The translations under genes were made by a program, and so were the position numbers. Positions 9,873 to 20,891 of a stretch of DNA of 64,000 bases are shown in pieces (within the stretch, counting starts at the first letter, position 1; the number at the start of each line of letters is the position of its first letter). The DNA lies in the IMG/VR virus record IMGVR_UViG_3300034073_003340, positions 248,001-312,000 of that record. One strand, written 5' to 3'. The notes below the pieces were generated by a model that saw only the letters and a program-made list of their open reading frames with translations, made no database searches and was not told the origin of the DNA.

Positions 9873-10907
9873 TCATTCCGGCCTCCATGCTGGATTGTTC
9901 CACCCATTCTTAACACCAGCTGGCATAATGTCAAGGTGAACTGCGGGGCTCCTGCCCAGATATTTGTGGGCATTATAGCGGTGCATCCGCTCCAGATTTT
10001 CCCAGTATTCGTTGAGCTGCGCAACTGCGCTGCCATCGCCAGTGTCGACCTCATGTTCATGAGCCAGCTGTTCCACCATGGTCCGGCAATCTGTAGACCA
10101 AAGCATATGGGTGAACAGTTCCACAAAATCATAGGGAGCACCAAAGACCACTTCGTCTGTAGTCGCATCAAACATATCACCCGTCGGTGCGCGCTCGAGA
10201 ATTTCAGCAGGGACACCGAGAAGACGACCGACTTCATAAACCTCGGACTTGAACAGGTCGCTAATCAGCTGAACGTCGACCATACCATCACTGGCTTTGC
10301 CAAAATATCCCAGGTAACCGCCTTCCGAGAGGTTGGTGGTGCCGATGACCAGTCCAGGCCGCCCTTGTGCGGAGAGAACGCTGGTCGCATAGTAGTAGGT
10401 GGGTGTCCTGGCATAGCTCACGGCCTGGCCTCGTGCCCAGGTGGGCTTGGGATCCGCAGTGCCGATATTTTCAGGCAAGCCAGGGTGACCCAATTCACGT
10501 TCAACGGAGTTGATGATTGACTCCACAATTGGTCCCACATCAATTCGCAGAGTCTCGACATCAAATGCCTCACATACCTGGTAGGCAAGACGAGTAGCGG
10601 TGTCTTGCCCAGTAACCCCTCGGCTCATAATAGCGGGGAGGGTGATAGCAACGATATGTTGGATTGGACTGTTGGGAAGCTGGCTGGCATACTTGACCAC
10701 GCCGAGGACCACTGCGCTGTCGATACCTCCCGATATTGCGATGACCGCGCTGGAAAGACCTGCCTGCTCATAGTAGGAATTCAGAAGGTCGGCCTTTGCC
10801 TGGAGAACCACCTGGGCATCAAATGCTCGTTCCTGTCGAGCATACCCAAGCGCCTCGACTAGCTTGGGATGCATCTGCATGTTGGTGGTGTGGTTGCGAA
10901 TTTCCAT
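9873..10907 (-). CDS. nadE: NH3-dependent NAD+ synthetase
   Basis: ISGGIDSAV PP-loop, IGTTNLSE, GYFGKASDG, DLFKSEVY, APTGDM. Confidence 0.93.
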   Translation of the reverse strand: MEIRNHTTNMQMHPKLVEALGYARQERAFDAQVVLQAKADLLNSYYEQAGLSSAVIAISGGIDSAVVLGVVKYASQLPNSPIQHIVAITLPAIMSRGVTGQDTATRLAYQVCEAFDVETLRIDVGPIVESIINSVERELGHPGLPENIGTADPKPTWARGQAVSYARTPTYYYATSVLSAQGRPGLVIGTTNLSEGGYLGYFGKASDGMVDVQLISDLFKSEVYEVGRLLGVPAEILERAPTGDMFDATTDEVVFGAPYDFVELFTHMLWSTDCRTMVEQLAHEHEVDTGDGSAVAQLNEYWENLERMHRYNAHKYLGRSPAVHLDIMPAGVKNGWNNPAWRPE

Positions 10908-10916
10908 GATGATCCC

Positions 10917-11120
10917 TTACAGAGCTGCGGTGCTGTGGGTAACCTGTTCGCCGTTCAGCTCGCAGAGAACAACCGATACGTCATAGGACTTGCGGGCCTT
11001 AAAATGGGCGGCCGCTGCCAACTGAGCCTTATAGCTCGAGGGAGCATAAAGGTCGATCGACTTGCCCTTGAAGAAGGCCTTATAGCCGTTGTCGCCGGGA
11101 GCCTGCTGATTGATTGCCAT
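10917..11120 (-). CDS. Small hypothetical phage protein
   Basis: Early promoter and AGGAGA RBS; first gene of the nadE unit. Confidence 0.7.
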   Translation of the reverse strand: MAINQQAPGDNGYKAFFKGKSIDLYAPSSYKAQLAAAAHFKARKSYDVSVVLCELNGEQVTHSTAAL

Positions 11121-11182
11121 AAAATCTCCTATTGTCTATAGGACTGGTTTAACACCAGTCCTATATTCGTCAACCAAATTTC

Positions 11183-11845
11183 TTACAGCGAAGCCAGCTG
11201 CTTGTTAGCCTCTTCGACCTTCCAAATGGCATGTTTCAGACCTGATTTCAGCCATTCCAAGTTCCTGTTTTCTCCAGTAAAATTGTCGACCTGCCACTGA
11301 AGGTTGTTGCGCTCCTTTGTTGCCTTGTTCAGCCGCTTGGTAAAATATTCCCGACGAGAGCGCTTGCTTTCAAAGGGAACACCCTCGGGCCAGTTCAGCT
11401 CTTTGCGATGACCCGAGCCGTTGCTCCAGCTGTTAATCGACATATAGAGGATGTCTTCATCTTCGTTGCCGTTGCTGAGCAGCACAAACAACTTGATCGG
11501 ATTGAACAGCGTGATGACCTTGGTGACCTTGTAATCACCCTTGCCGCATTCCTGTAGGCTTTCGATCATATTCTGGATAATATTCGTCTGCGTCTTGAGG
11601 CGACGCGAGTTCAAAAGGGTTGTGGAATCCAGTGTATCCGACACCGTGCCGATGCCCGAATAGTGACCGCGCTTTGCCTTGAGACTGATGCGTTCCAGCA
11701 GACCTTCGGGATAAGTCACATTGCTTTCCGAGGCACCATAGTGGTAACCACTATCCAGCCGAGGAAACTGACGAATGCTTTCCTCACGAAGATCTTCCAG
11801 TTCCAGGGTTCCGATGACCTCAGTGGAAAAAGTCAGTAGTGCCAT
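11183..11845 (-). CDS. Hypothetical protein
   Basis: Early promoter and AGGAGA RBS before ATG 11845. Confidence 0.65.
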   Translation of the reverse strand: MALLTFSTEVIGTLELEDLREESIRQFPRLDSGYHYGASESNVTYPEGLLERISLKAKRGHYSGIGTVSDTLDSTTLLNSRRLKTQTNIIQNMIESLQECGKGDYKVTKVITLFNPIKLFVLLSNGNEDEDILYMSINSWSNGSGHRKELNWPEGVPFESKRSRREYFTKRLNKATKERNNLQWQVDNFTGENRNLEWLKSGLKHAIWKVEEANKQLASL

Positions 11846-12360
11846 TTTCGATCTCCTTGCCGTCTGCCTATGTTCTGGTTTTAACAGAAACTGGTGAGGA
11901 GTCAACCAGAAAAGTTCAAAAGTCGGCAGATTTGCTGCTTTTTCTGGACCATGATAGATTCGGAACTAAGTCCAAAATATCGCATAGAGGCGGCTTTTCC
12001 GCCCAATGCTCTCTTGAGTGTTGTCATTGGTAGGCAACTAAGAAACCCCTTGCTCTCCTTACAATAAAGAGCAAGGACCTTTTGACCCCGAAGATCAACA
12101 ATCCACCAAGTTTTGGATTTGGATCTTCGTCCCACAAAGTGATTTTTGTGTCCGTTTGATATTTGTGCCCTAAGATTATGCCACTCCTCGGGATCAAGAG
12201 AATCGACACCATATCGCTCCATTAGGCGCTTACTGAAATGATTGAAGGCTCTTGATGATTTACAGGTCATAGGACATTTTAACAGAAATTCTGAACTCAT
12301 TCAAGCTTTTGAATACAACCAAAAGTGACACCAGAGTTCTCCTTCTGTTATAGTATACTG

Positions 12361-12921
12361 ATGAACCCTTGGGAATACCTACTTTTTGATCTAGAATGCG
12401 ATGGATTCAAACCCAAGCGGATATGGTGTATCTGCATGGTGGATTTGATATCGCGGGAAAAGGCTAGCTTTTACGGACCAGAAGGAATAGCTGAAGCTAT
12501 TTTCAGGATACAATCAGCAAAGATGGTAGCCGGTCATAACATCAAGACCTTTGATATTAGGGTTATTGAAAAGATCACCGAAGGGGCAGTTCAGATTGAC
12601 CGCGCCAAGGTTCTCGATACCCTGTATCTTAGTAAGGCTCTGACCACCATGGACAGCCACAAGCTAGAGGATTGGGGTGAGATACTTGGTGTGCCCAAAC
12701 TGGATACACCATTCTCATTCTACAGGTTTGACCCTCGAATGATCCCTTACTGTGAGCGCGATGTGGAACTCAACCTACAGGTGTTCTTGGCTCTTTGGTC
12801 CCTGATGGAAAGTCGTCATGGAGAAAAGATTCCGCCCAAGTGGCAGATGCTGAACGAATATCGTTCAGCTCTTCCTATTGTCGGTCAAGGCCCAAACCAC
12901 TTTGGATCCGTCCTTCTTTGA
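12361..12921 (+). CDS. Stand-alone 3'-5' exonuclease (DEDDy, PolA/T7-type exonuclease domain)
   Basis: FDLECDG (ExoI), AGHNIKTFDI (ExoII), YCERDV (ExoIII); likely leaderless start after TATAGT. Confidence 0.88.
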   Translation: MNPWEYLLFDLECDGFKPKRIWCICMVDLISREKASFYGPEGIAEAIFRIQSAKMVAGHNIKTFDIRVIEKITEGAVQIDRAKVLDTLYLSKALTTMDSHKLEDWGEILGVPKLDTPFSFYRFDPRMIPYCERDVELNLQVFLALWSLMESRHGEKIPPKWQMLNEYRSALPIVGQGPNHFGSVLL

Positions 12922-13262
12922 ACATCGGTTACGAATTTTCTGTGCCGTGGTTCATCAGTCCTCTTCATCCAGATATCCCTCTGGGAGAAACGGATCCTCA
13001 AAGTAGCTGGAACCGCTTTCAGTAAGAGTGATGCTTCCTACGATCGTCTGACCTTCCGGCTTGACCACTGCTTCTCGGCCAAAGTCCTGCATGAGCTCGT
13101 AGGAAACTTCAACATATTGGCGAGGATTCTTGAGAGCAGCCTCGCAGGCCTTTCGATAGGGATCATCCTCGGACAGGAGATCGAGATCCACTGTCACATT
13201 ACAGGGACGCTCATTGAAGTAGTCTTCGGTAACGGTCACGATACGCATAGTTTTTCCTCTTC

Positions 13263-13808
13263 TTAAGGGATGATTTCCACGAATGCTCGCTTTTTCTTGG
13301 GACCCAGCTCATGACGCCCAAGTTCAAGAGGCTTGTCCCAGCCGTTCTTGCGGGCTTGGCCCACACTAGGGAAGAAGCCCAGGTCCACCATTAAGTGAGC
13401 CATGAGGGTTTTATTCTCAGCGGTCATGGCTGATATGCTGATCTGCTGGGCCTTTTGACGAGGGTTACCATCCTCACTAATGTCCCACCAGCCGAGTTCA
13501 GCACCTCGCTCAATACCCTGGCGATTTTTCTCTTTGATTCCTTCGAACCATTCAGCCTTGGTCTGGCCACCCCAGAACTCAAGATCGTCATCCCTGATGA
13601 TAATGAACGCCCGATCAGCAAATAGGAAGGTACAACGGTTCCCCGGACCAGGATCGTTCACAACGACGCCGTGGACTTCTTCAATTTTGTGAACCTTGGT
13701 CTCGATGAGATGACCCATCACCCAAATTTCTTCTTCCTCCTCACGAATCGTGTGGATTTGATGAAAGCCAGGGCTGATAAATTGTCCAGTGGGAAAGGTT
13801 ACTTTCAT
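13263..13808 (-). CDS. Hypothetical protein with possible C-terminal S4-like RNA-binding segment
   Basis: LMVDLGFFPSVGQARK resembles an S4 helix-turn; early promoter. Confidence 0.5.
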   Translation of the reverse strand: MKVTFPTGQFISPGFHQIHTIREEEEEIWVMGHLIETKVHKIEEVHGVVVNDPGPGNRCTFLFADRAFIIIRDDDLEFWGGQTKAEWFEGIKEKNRQGIERGAELGWWDISEDGNPRQKAQQISISAMTAENKTLMAHLMVDLGFFPSVGQARKNGWDKPLELGRHELGPKKKRAFVEIIP

Positions 13809-14014
13809 TGTGATCTCCTGTGACTTCTATCTCTAGTAAGACAGGTCACAAAGTCAACCTATCTCTTCGATGCTTTTGATCTTGGGTAGATCATACTTTG
13901 TGGAGAGCTGGGACATCAGCTTTCGCTTGGCCTGTGGCTTATTGAACGCGGCAATTTCGCGACTTTCACTACCACGGCTGGTGGAAAATGTGATGAGATA
14001 ACGGTTGATCTTCA

Positions 14015-14308
14015 TCACAGGATCTCCTCAAGCTGCCGCTGGACCAGGATCTTGCCAGCGCGGCGATACTTGCGAATAGCTTCGCGACCGTTCTTCTTAC
14101 CAGGGCACTCGCTCCAAGTATCCAGCTTGAAGCCGCCCTCAGAATCGATCTGCGCCGTCTGGCACTTGTCAGAATGAATAGCGCCGTCGTTTCCACGAAG
14201 AACACGTCCAGCGAAGCGGAGGAAGCGATCGCCATGCTCGCCTTCGGCCAGAGCGCGAGCGCTCCAGCGAGCGTTACGAGGATCAACCTTGCGAACCGTC
14301 TTGCCCAT
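14015..14308 (-). CDS. Hypothetical basic protein
   Basis: Early promoter and AGGAGA RBS. Confidence 0.65.
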   Translation of the reverse strand: MGKTVRKVDPRNARWSARALAEGEHGDRFLRFAGRVLRGNDGAIHSDKCQTAQIDSEGGFKLDTWSECPGKKNGREAIRKYRRAGKILVQRQLEEIL

Positions 14309-14361
14309 TGTCTTCTCCTGTGTTTGCCTACATCACCTGTTTAACAGAAAAGGTGATAATG

Positions 14362-14868
14362 TCAACCAGAAAGACGAGCTATCAAATTGCCTACAGCTTT
14401 TAGATCATCTGTAGTAAGATCGGTTTCCTGTCCCGTCGGCTTCAAACAAATTCTGGTTCGAATATGGGTGTCAGTTTCTTGATACAACTCTCGACCTTGC
14501 GAAATCTGCATATTCTGACTTATTAGGTTCTTTTTGTTGAACCCTGATAAGAAGACATCAAAGTCGCCGGATTTCCTCCAGCGATTCAAGCACGTCTTCC
14601 ATATAAACCCATACAGGCCCAGCCTGCGCCAACTTGGACGGGTATATGCTCCGATGCTGTAGATCTCTCGTTGGGCATAAATGGGAGCATAAAAGAGAAC
14701 TGACATCACCTCGTTGTCGTAGAATAGAGCCGCAAAGTAATAGAGGTTGCTGGCGGGCCATGTAGACGGCATTTTTCTCCGCGCCAATTCTCTGTTATAT
14801 CGAGCAAAAACATCAGCCACGTGTGGATAGTCAGCAATTTGACCAATCCTGAAAACAATCTCTGTCAT
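14362..14868 (-). CDS. GNAT family acetyltransferase
   Basis: YTRPSWRRLGLY (acetyl-CoA motif A), NxxSQ motif B. Confidence 0.7.
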   Translation of the reverse strand: MTEIVFRIGQIADYPHVADVFARYNRELARRKMPSTWPASNLYYFAALFYDNEVMSVLFYAPIYAQREIYSIGAYTRPSWRRLGLYGFIWKTCLNRWRKSGDFDVFLSGFNKKNLISQNMQISQGRELYQETDTHIRTRICLKPTGQETDLTTDDLKAVGNLIARLSG

Positions 14869-15262
14869 GCCCTATTTCTAACATGATTAAACTGGTTGTC
14901 AAATCTTTAGTAACCAAAAAACTCACAAGCTTTGCCAACTTTCATTCTTTGGATCTTTGCTCCAGACGTGTCGGTTAGACGTCGCACGATTGCGGCTTCT
15001 CTAGTCAAAAGAGCGTAGAACCAAATCGAAATTGAACCATAGTCTATCGCGGTTTTTGTTTCGTTGTTATAAATCTTGTAATAACCTATTTCGTTGTGAG
15101 GATTCAATTTCCAGCAAATGCCGTTTATAGAATCCAGATCAATAGCCGTTCCAATAGTCCCAAGTATACCATTTTTGTTTTTGGACAGATGTCGCCATAC
15201 CTTCCTGGTGATCAAATCACCAGGAGACAAAAATATAGTGGTTCTGAAAATGGGGTAGGCTA

Positions 15263-15634
15263 TCAAATCCATGGTTTCAAACTCGAAAGAATTTCTTCTC
15301 GATCTTTGACATTGATGGGACCGATGCCAAGGGCAGTGATCATGGGTCGCGGGAACACGGTGAGTCCAGCATCCTTGACCAAAAAGACTCCACATTTTGG
15401 CTTATAAATTCTGCTGAGACTGTGGAGGATTTCCTCATCTGCCTTCAAGCAAACTTTTGCTACCACGTCGGTATCAAGATATGCTTGAGCCATTGAGGGG
15501 AATCTGACTGTTGAATCAACAAAGGCATGGACGAAAGCATGGCCTATCTGCGCTCCCATCTTTCCTCGGTTTCCTTTGCTCTCCGAGATTGCCTCATTAC
15601 TTACAATGGCATAAAGCTTGATATCAGTCATCAC
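15263..15634 (-). CDS. pth2: Peptidyl-tRNA hydrolase, Pth2 (archaeal/eukaryotic-type) family
   Basis: GKMGAQIGHA, KVCLKA, VKDAGLTVF, TALGIGP. Confidence 0.9.
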   Translation of the reverse strand: MMTDIKLYAIVSNEAISESKGNRGKMGAQIGHAFVHAFVDSTVRFPSMAQAYLDTDVVAKVCLKADEEILHSLSRIYKPKCGVFLVKDAGLTVFPRPMITALGIGPINVKDREEILSSLKPWI

Positions 15635-17238
15635 ATCTCTTCAACTGTTTCAATGCCAAGAAGACCAAGACCGGTTTCCAAATAGGCATGTAGATAATAA
15701 ACAAACCCAACACGGCTCGGGTCAGTGGAAATTTGATACTTTCCATAATAAGCTGAGAACTTCTGAGCAATGGTGTAGAGGTATTCGGCTAATAGGTGAG
15801 GACTCAAACTATCCTCCACACGATTCATCACATCAGAAAAAGCCAGCAGGTCCAGGACTATTTGTCGCTCTTCATCGCAAGTAATCTTGATATTACCAAT
15901 ACCTACCGTCTGCTTATCCAAGATGCTCTTCATCCGAACCAGCTGATAAAGAAGATAAGGTCCAGTTTTACCCTCATGAGCGAGAGCACGATCAATGTCA
16001 TATGCGTAGTCGTTTGACCGCTTGTTTTGTAGGTCATTGAATTTGATAGCAGCAATCGCCACCTTACGAGCAATCTCAGGATCAGGATTTTTAGCTAGAG
16101 CCTTTTCGATTGCTTCATCGAGCAAATCGCGCAGCTTGGGAACACCTCCTGCGCGGGTTCGAAAAGGCTTGCCGTCAAACCCTTGAATAGTTCCAAACCC
16201 CGCGTGGGTGAGCTTCATAGTGTGGCCCATTTGCTTGGCAGCATCAAAGACCTGCCGAAAGTGAAGCCCCTGTCGCTGGTCCACCACGTAGATGATCTCT
16301 GTGGGGTTGGCTTGGGCGCGCTCCTGAATAGTCGCAAGATCAGTAGCAGCGTAAAGGTATCCTCCTTCGCTGTTTGTAAACATAAGCGGAGACAACGCAG
16401 GGTCTTTACAATAAATGACCTCGGCGCCTTCACTTGTCTTTAGAATATCCTTTGCCATCAGTTGTGATTCTAAGACCGGCAAAAGAAGAGCGGTATTGCT
16501 TTCACCATTGTATAGATCAAATTTTATATTGAGGATCTCTAGATCAGCCAAAACGCTCTTTTGTGTTGCTTCAACTATCTTACCCCAGATCTCAAGTAAG
16601 TCTGGATCGCCCAGTTGAAGTCGCCGTGTGAACTTCTGAGCTCCTTTCTTGAACCCTTCGTCGTTCTTGGCCCGATCGGCGGCAAGTGGATAGATCTTCT
16701 GTAGATGCTCAATTGTGTAATTGTTACCATCGGATGCCCGGAAGTCCTCATACATCAGAGCAGCAAGAACTAGACCCATCTGGTAGCCCCAGTCACCCCA
16801 GTGAATGTCGGTGATTACATCGTAGCCTTGATAGACCAGAATCTCCCGAAGACTCTTGCCGATCACCAGACTCCGCAGGTGACCAACATGCATCGCCTTA
16901 GCTACATTGGGGCCACCATAGTCGATAATTTTGAGTTGACCTTTGCGGTTAGTCTTTTGTGGAACTCGCAAGGCAATTTCTAAGATCGCGTTATTGGTGC
17001 GAGCATTGATAAAACCGGGTCCAGCAATGGTGAGGTCGAATCGAGGATCGTCAAATGCGTTGATTATCGTCTGAGCTATATCTCGAGGAGACTTACCCAG
17101 TTGCTTGGCTGACACTAGCGCACCGTTACACTGAAAATCGGCCAAGTCGGGACGGTCACTTCGCGTTACGACGGCGAAATGCTCGGGAATACCTGCGGCT
17201 TGGAAAGCCTTTGCGAGAGAATCAGCAAGAATTTTCAT
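15631..17238 (-). CDS. argS: Arginyl-tRNA synthetase
   Basis: ADFQCNGA, GPGFIN, PNVAKAMHVGHLRS, GDWG, YAATDLA, YVVDQRQ, KPFRTRAG, DALR-like C-terminus. Confidence 0.97.
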   Translation of the reverse strand: MKILADSLAKAFQAAGIPEHFAVVTRSDRPDLADFQCNGALVSAKQLGKSPRDIAQTIINAFDDPRFDLTIAGPGFINARTNNAILEIALRVPQKTNRKGQLKIIDYGGPNVAKAMHVGHLRSLVIGKSLREILVYQGYDVITDIHWGDWGYQMGLVLAALMYEDFRASDGNNYTIEHLQKIYPLAADRAKNDEGFKKGAQKFTRRLQLGDPDLLEIWGKIVEATQKSVLADLEILNIKFDLYNGESNTALLLPVLESQLMAKDILKTSEGAEVIYCKDPALSPLMFTNSEGGYLYAATDLATIQERAQANPTEIIYVVDQRQGLHFRQVFDAAKQMGHTMKLTHAGFGTIQGFDGKPFRTRAGGVPKLRDLLDEAIEKALAKNPDPEIARKVAIAAIKFNDLQNKRSNDYAYDIDRALAHEGKTGPYLLYQLVRMKSILDKQTVGIGNIKITCDEERQIVLDLLAFSDVMNRVEDSLSPHLLAEYLYTIAQKFSAYYGKYQISTDPSRVGFVYYLHAYLETGLGLLGIETVEEM

Positions 17239-17276
17239 ACCACTTTTTAACTTGAAAGTGGTAGAAGAGCAAGTGC

Positions 17277-17558
17277 TTAAAATCGCTGTAGTTTCAGCAG
17301 CATGGCAGACTTCAACCCATGCTCTTTAGCATGATAGTAAATCTCACCCGCGTAGTGGAACTGGACTAGCGCGCTATCCAGGTGATCGTTCAAATCCGCC
17401 CCATCAGCCAACAGATATTTGATGACTTTGGAGTTTTCCTCCCATGCCTGTCGCATATTCAAGCCGCGGAAACGACTTCCTCTGAAACCAATTATGTCAG
17501 CCTGTCGCGCTCGTAGACACGCTTCCTTGGTCTTTTCCCTGAGATCCTCGAGCGTCAT
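17277..17558 (-). CDS. Hypothetical protein, paralog of 17555-17824
   Basis: Shared (T/I)xxDLRE start and IYYHAKxHGxxSAxxLKL end. Confidence 0.65.
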   Translation of the reverse strand: MTLEDLREKTKEACLRARQADIIGFRGSRFRGLNMRQAWEENSKVIKYLLADGADLNDHLDSALVQFHYAGEIYYHAKEHGLKSAMLLKLQRF

Positions 17559-17824
17559 GGAGTCGTCAATTTGAGCATCAAAGCCGATCGCATCCCATGC
17601 TTTTTGGCATGATAGTAAATTCGGCCAACTTCATAGAATTTGTAAACGTCAGCAACTGGTTTAGCGGCTGGAGGAAATTTTTCATGAAGCTCTATTATTT
17701 TCCCAACTTCCACCCAAAACTCTCTCATATTGGCCGTTTGGGAGGATTTATGCTTATAGGCCGCACGAGCAGCGGGTAATGCCGCTTTCATCTGTTCCCT
17801 GAGGTCGTCGATCGTTATAGGCAT
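17555..17824 (-). CDS. Hypothetical protein, paralog of 17277-17558
   Basis: Tandem duplicate with the same motifs. Confidence 0.65.
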   Translation of the reverse strand: MPITIDDLREQMKAALPAARAAYKHKSSQTANMREFWVEVGKIIELHEKFPPAAKPVADVYKFYEVGRIYYHAKKHGMRSALMLKLTTP

Positions 17825-18279
17825 TAGCTGCTAGCCATACCACCCACACACCAAACCGTCTTGGTGGACTTGGCGGCTTGTGCTGCTTCAATAGCCCGCA
17901 CCTTTTCTGTTGCCTTGTCCCGGCGAGCAGTCAGTGTCTTGATAACGCTGGGAGCCTTTTTTTCGCGCTTGGCGTTCCAGAGGTTGTTGGCGGCAATTCG
18001 AGATTTTTCGCGGGCCATGAGGAGCGGCTTCGTTTCCCGGATCACCTTGACCTGTGCCCAGTAGGCGTCGTCCTTGCGCTTGTCGGAAAGGAATTCCTCA
18101 AACTCTTCATAGGTGTTGAAGACATGCGAGGTAACCCGACCACTGTTGAGCATACCGATTGCTCCGCTGTAGGAGTGTCCGTCTTCGTGCCGACTCTGCT
18201 CACAGTCTTTGTCCCAAAGCTTCTGCGCCTGAGCCAGCGTCTTGCCGGGATAGCTGCGTCCTACCAAACATGCGCCCAT
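17824..18279 (-). CDS. Hypothetical phage protein
   Basis: Early promoter, AGGAGA RBS; EDGHSYSGAIG motif. Confidence 0.7.
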   Translation of the reverse strand: MGACLVGRSYPGKTLAQAQKLWDKDCEQSRHEDGHSYSGAIGMLNSGRVTSHVFNTYEEFEEFLSDKRKDDAYWAQVKVIRETKPLLMAREKSRIAANNLWNAKREKKAPSVIKTLTARRDKATEKVRAIEAAQAAKSTKTVWCVGGMASS

Positions 18280-19692
18280 TGTCGGTCTCCTCGTTGACTG
18301 TCTATACCCCTACTCTAGCAAAAACAGGTGAGCAGTCAACCAGAAATTAGAGCTGGCTTACTGCTTCACACCCGTCGCAATTGCCGTTTGGATAACAGAT
18401 GGGATGGACCCCACAATCTCCACAAAGCCCCTGGGCATTGCGCTCCTTTATGAGAGCCAAACGAGCATCCCAGAGAGCCCGTCTATGGGCCCGCCAATTG
18501 CTCCAACGTGTCAGCAATGCTTTCAACATAAGACCTCCTCCTTGGACTTCAAATCCCATTCTCAGGGTTGATGGAATCCTTAACCGACTGGGCTTCTCTG
18601 TTAGCTTTGACTGTTGCCAGTATAGCATGATAGAGAAACTTCTCCAAGAACTCACGATCCGCGCTACCAAAGGCTTCTTTAATGGCTTCTGAGACTCCCT
18701 TGGCAAGACCAGTATTTCCGAACTCCGCGCCATTCTTGATCCACGCTGCTATGTCCAACTGCGCAATGGCGCAGGTCAACAGGGTTTCATTAGATTGAGC
18801 CTTGAAAGGCTCAAGAAGCGGATGATCGGCATAGTTCATTGATTTGCCTCGTTTGCCTTTTCGTATTCGCCCTCGAGAGCAAACTCAGCAGCCTGCTCAT
18901 TCTTCCAAGGGCCACTGCCAAGATCACCGGGATTATGAACGGCAAACCAACCCCCAGAGCATTGAAAAAGCTTTGGATATGGACGTTCATCTTCAGGCCA
19001 TTTGATATTCCGAAACATCAGTAACCTGCCGCTTTCATAGTTTTGATCACGTTACACCCACGACGCTTGGTCCACGCAATGGTCTCCTTTACGGATTCCA
19101 AATACCCAGCCAGGATTCCCGGATCTCGCTTGTCCTCAAAATGTCCAAGACGAGGCCAGGGATCCTGTGGATCCAACAGTTCAGCAAGCGACTCAGTGAC
19201 CACGTGGAGATACTCCTCAGGGTCGCGTCCACCGCGGGTGGTATGGATGATTACAACGTTCAGCATAAATTAATCCACATAGATCTGGGAATCACAATGG
19301 TAGCACAGGTCTCCATCAGGTTGACCTCTCGCTATCATCGCCATACTTGATGTTGCGGTGTGCCGAGATACACATGCCCTCCACTACGCCCTCCATTTCA
19401 AGCTGGAGACAATAGTGATCCTCTAGTGTAGGTGTAGTTTCAACTATAGCCAGGCTTCCACCGTCAATCTCTATCAGGTTTTTGACGAGAACGTCCTCGA
19501 GGACAAAGCCGTAGCCATGGAGAAGTTCGTAAGCCTTACTGTCCTCGTTGGGAATGGCAACTATGCGGGGCTCACCATCGGGATGATCTTCCGTTGGTTC
19601 ACCGATGACTACCCGAAGAGTGCTGCTGGGAGTCCATGACTCGTCAAAATCCGGCATGTCTTCGAGACCAATAAAAGGTTTGCGCTTTGCCA

Positions 19693-20328
19693 TTAGACCA
19701 AATCCCAATCCGGATCCTTGACCGATTGACGGGCAAAGAACTTTTCGATCATCGCCTTGACATCAGCAAACAGCTTGGGATCGCCCTCGGTCAGGCCAGG
19801 CAGAACATCGGCCTTTTCCTGAACCCACTTGCGAGCGAAGCCAGGATCATGCGCTACGATGCTGGGCAGGTTGCTCTTGATGTCTGCGAGCTTGACTGTC
19901 TTGCGCTCAGGCGTAGCCAGCCAAGCGTGTTCCTTGTCCAAATTGCGACGGAAGGCACGATTGCCATCTTCGGGCTTGCTGACATCGGAGACTTCAGCGA
20001 CACCTGCGACAATCTCTGCCGCGACATCGTTACCAAACTGTTTGCCGAAGAATTCCCGAATGGCACCGAGGCCCTTGGTAGTGTCCTCTTCGCAGTCATG
20101 TAGCAGGGCAACCGCGACATTGATGGCATCATTGTGGATGCTCAGGCTCACCATTTTGGCCACCTGGATGGGGTGGACTTCATAGTGAGCTTTGGAATAT
20201 TTGCGACGCTGCCCGCCCAGGACCGGGTCAGGCTTCAGCGCATGGTTGCGGTGCGCATCGATCATGAATTCCATTGCCGCAACGACAATGGGATCCTGCA
20301 TTACATCATATGTGGTTTCTTGGTTCAT
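19693..20328 (-). CDS. HD-domain (p)ppGpp hydrolase-like protein (SpoT/Mesh1 small alarmone hydrolase type)
   Basis: AH..QRRKY..YEVHPIQVA, ALLHDCEEDT, VKLADIKSN. Confidence 0.85.
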   Translation of the reverse strand: MNQETTYDVMQDPIVVAAMEFMIDAHRNHALKPDPVLGGQRRKYSKAHYEVHPIQVAKMVSLSIHNDAINVAVALLHDCEEDTTKGLGAIREFFGKQFGNDVAAEIVAGVAEVSDVSKPEDGNRAFRRNLDKEHAWLATPERKTVKLADIKSNLPSIVAHDPGFARKWVQEKADVLPGLTEGDPKLFADVKAMIEKFFARQSVKDPDWDLV

Positions 20329-20630
20329 AACCCTGTTATAACACAGGGGTTTAGGTTGTCAAGCCCAAGTTAATTTGAACATCATAGCGATCTCGGGATC
20401 TTTGAAGAAAAAGGGGGCAGTTTCCCCCTTCCAATCATCCCATACTGACCACTCATCGCTCATAGTATCATCGGGCAATCCGTTGTTGAGTATCCATTCG
20501 ACTACCTCTCGTTTGAGAACGGCCAGGGTGACTCTACCGTTATTGTATTGAATCGAATGAGTATTTTTCAAGGGAGTGTCGTAGACCGGATACATTTCCA
20601 CTCCACGACGGATCTTAACAGCTTTTGCGT

Positions 20631-20891
20631 TCAACCCCATAACATTTTGAACTCCATAGCAATTTGGGGATCTTTGAATAACCATAATCCTGCTACTGGA
20701 ATTAGATAATCGTTACGGGCTTCCTTTGTTCCTCTCTTCAAGCCTCGAGAATCTGCCCACATTCTACGGTCAGCAGCGGCTTCAGAAGTCACTACGCTAC
20801 ATGCCACAGGAATCCAATGTGCGGTTTCCTCATAGATTGGATAAGCGGCAATTATGCGCTCGTGCCAGTTTTCAGCTTTGTTTGACATCAA
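20631..20891 (-). CDS. Short protein of the FxDxxxAMxFKLxW family
   Basis: C-terminus LFKDPQIAMEFKMLWG. Confidence 0.6.
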   Translation of the reverse strand: MMSNKAENWHERIIAAYPIYEETAHWIPVACSVVTSEAAADRRMWADSRGLKRGTKEARNDYLIPVAGLWLFKDPQIAMEFKMLWG

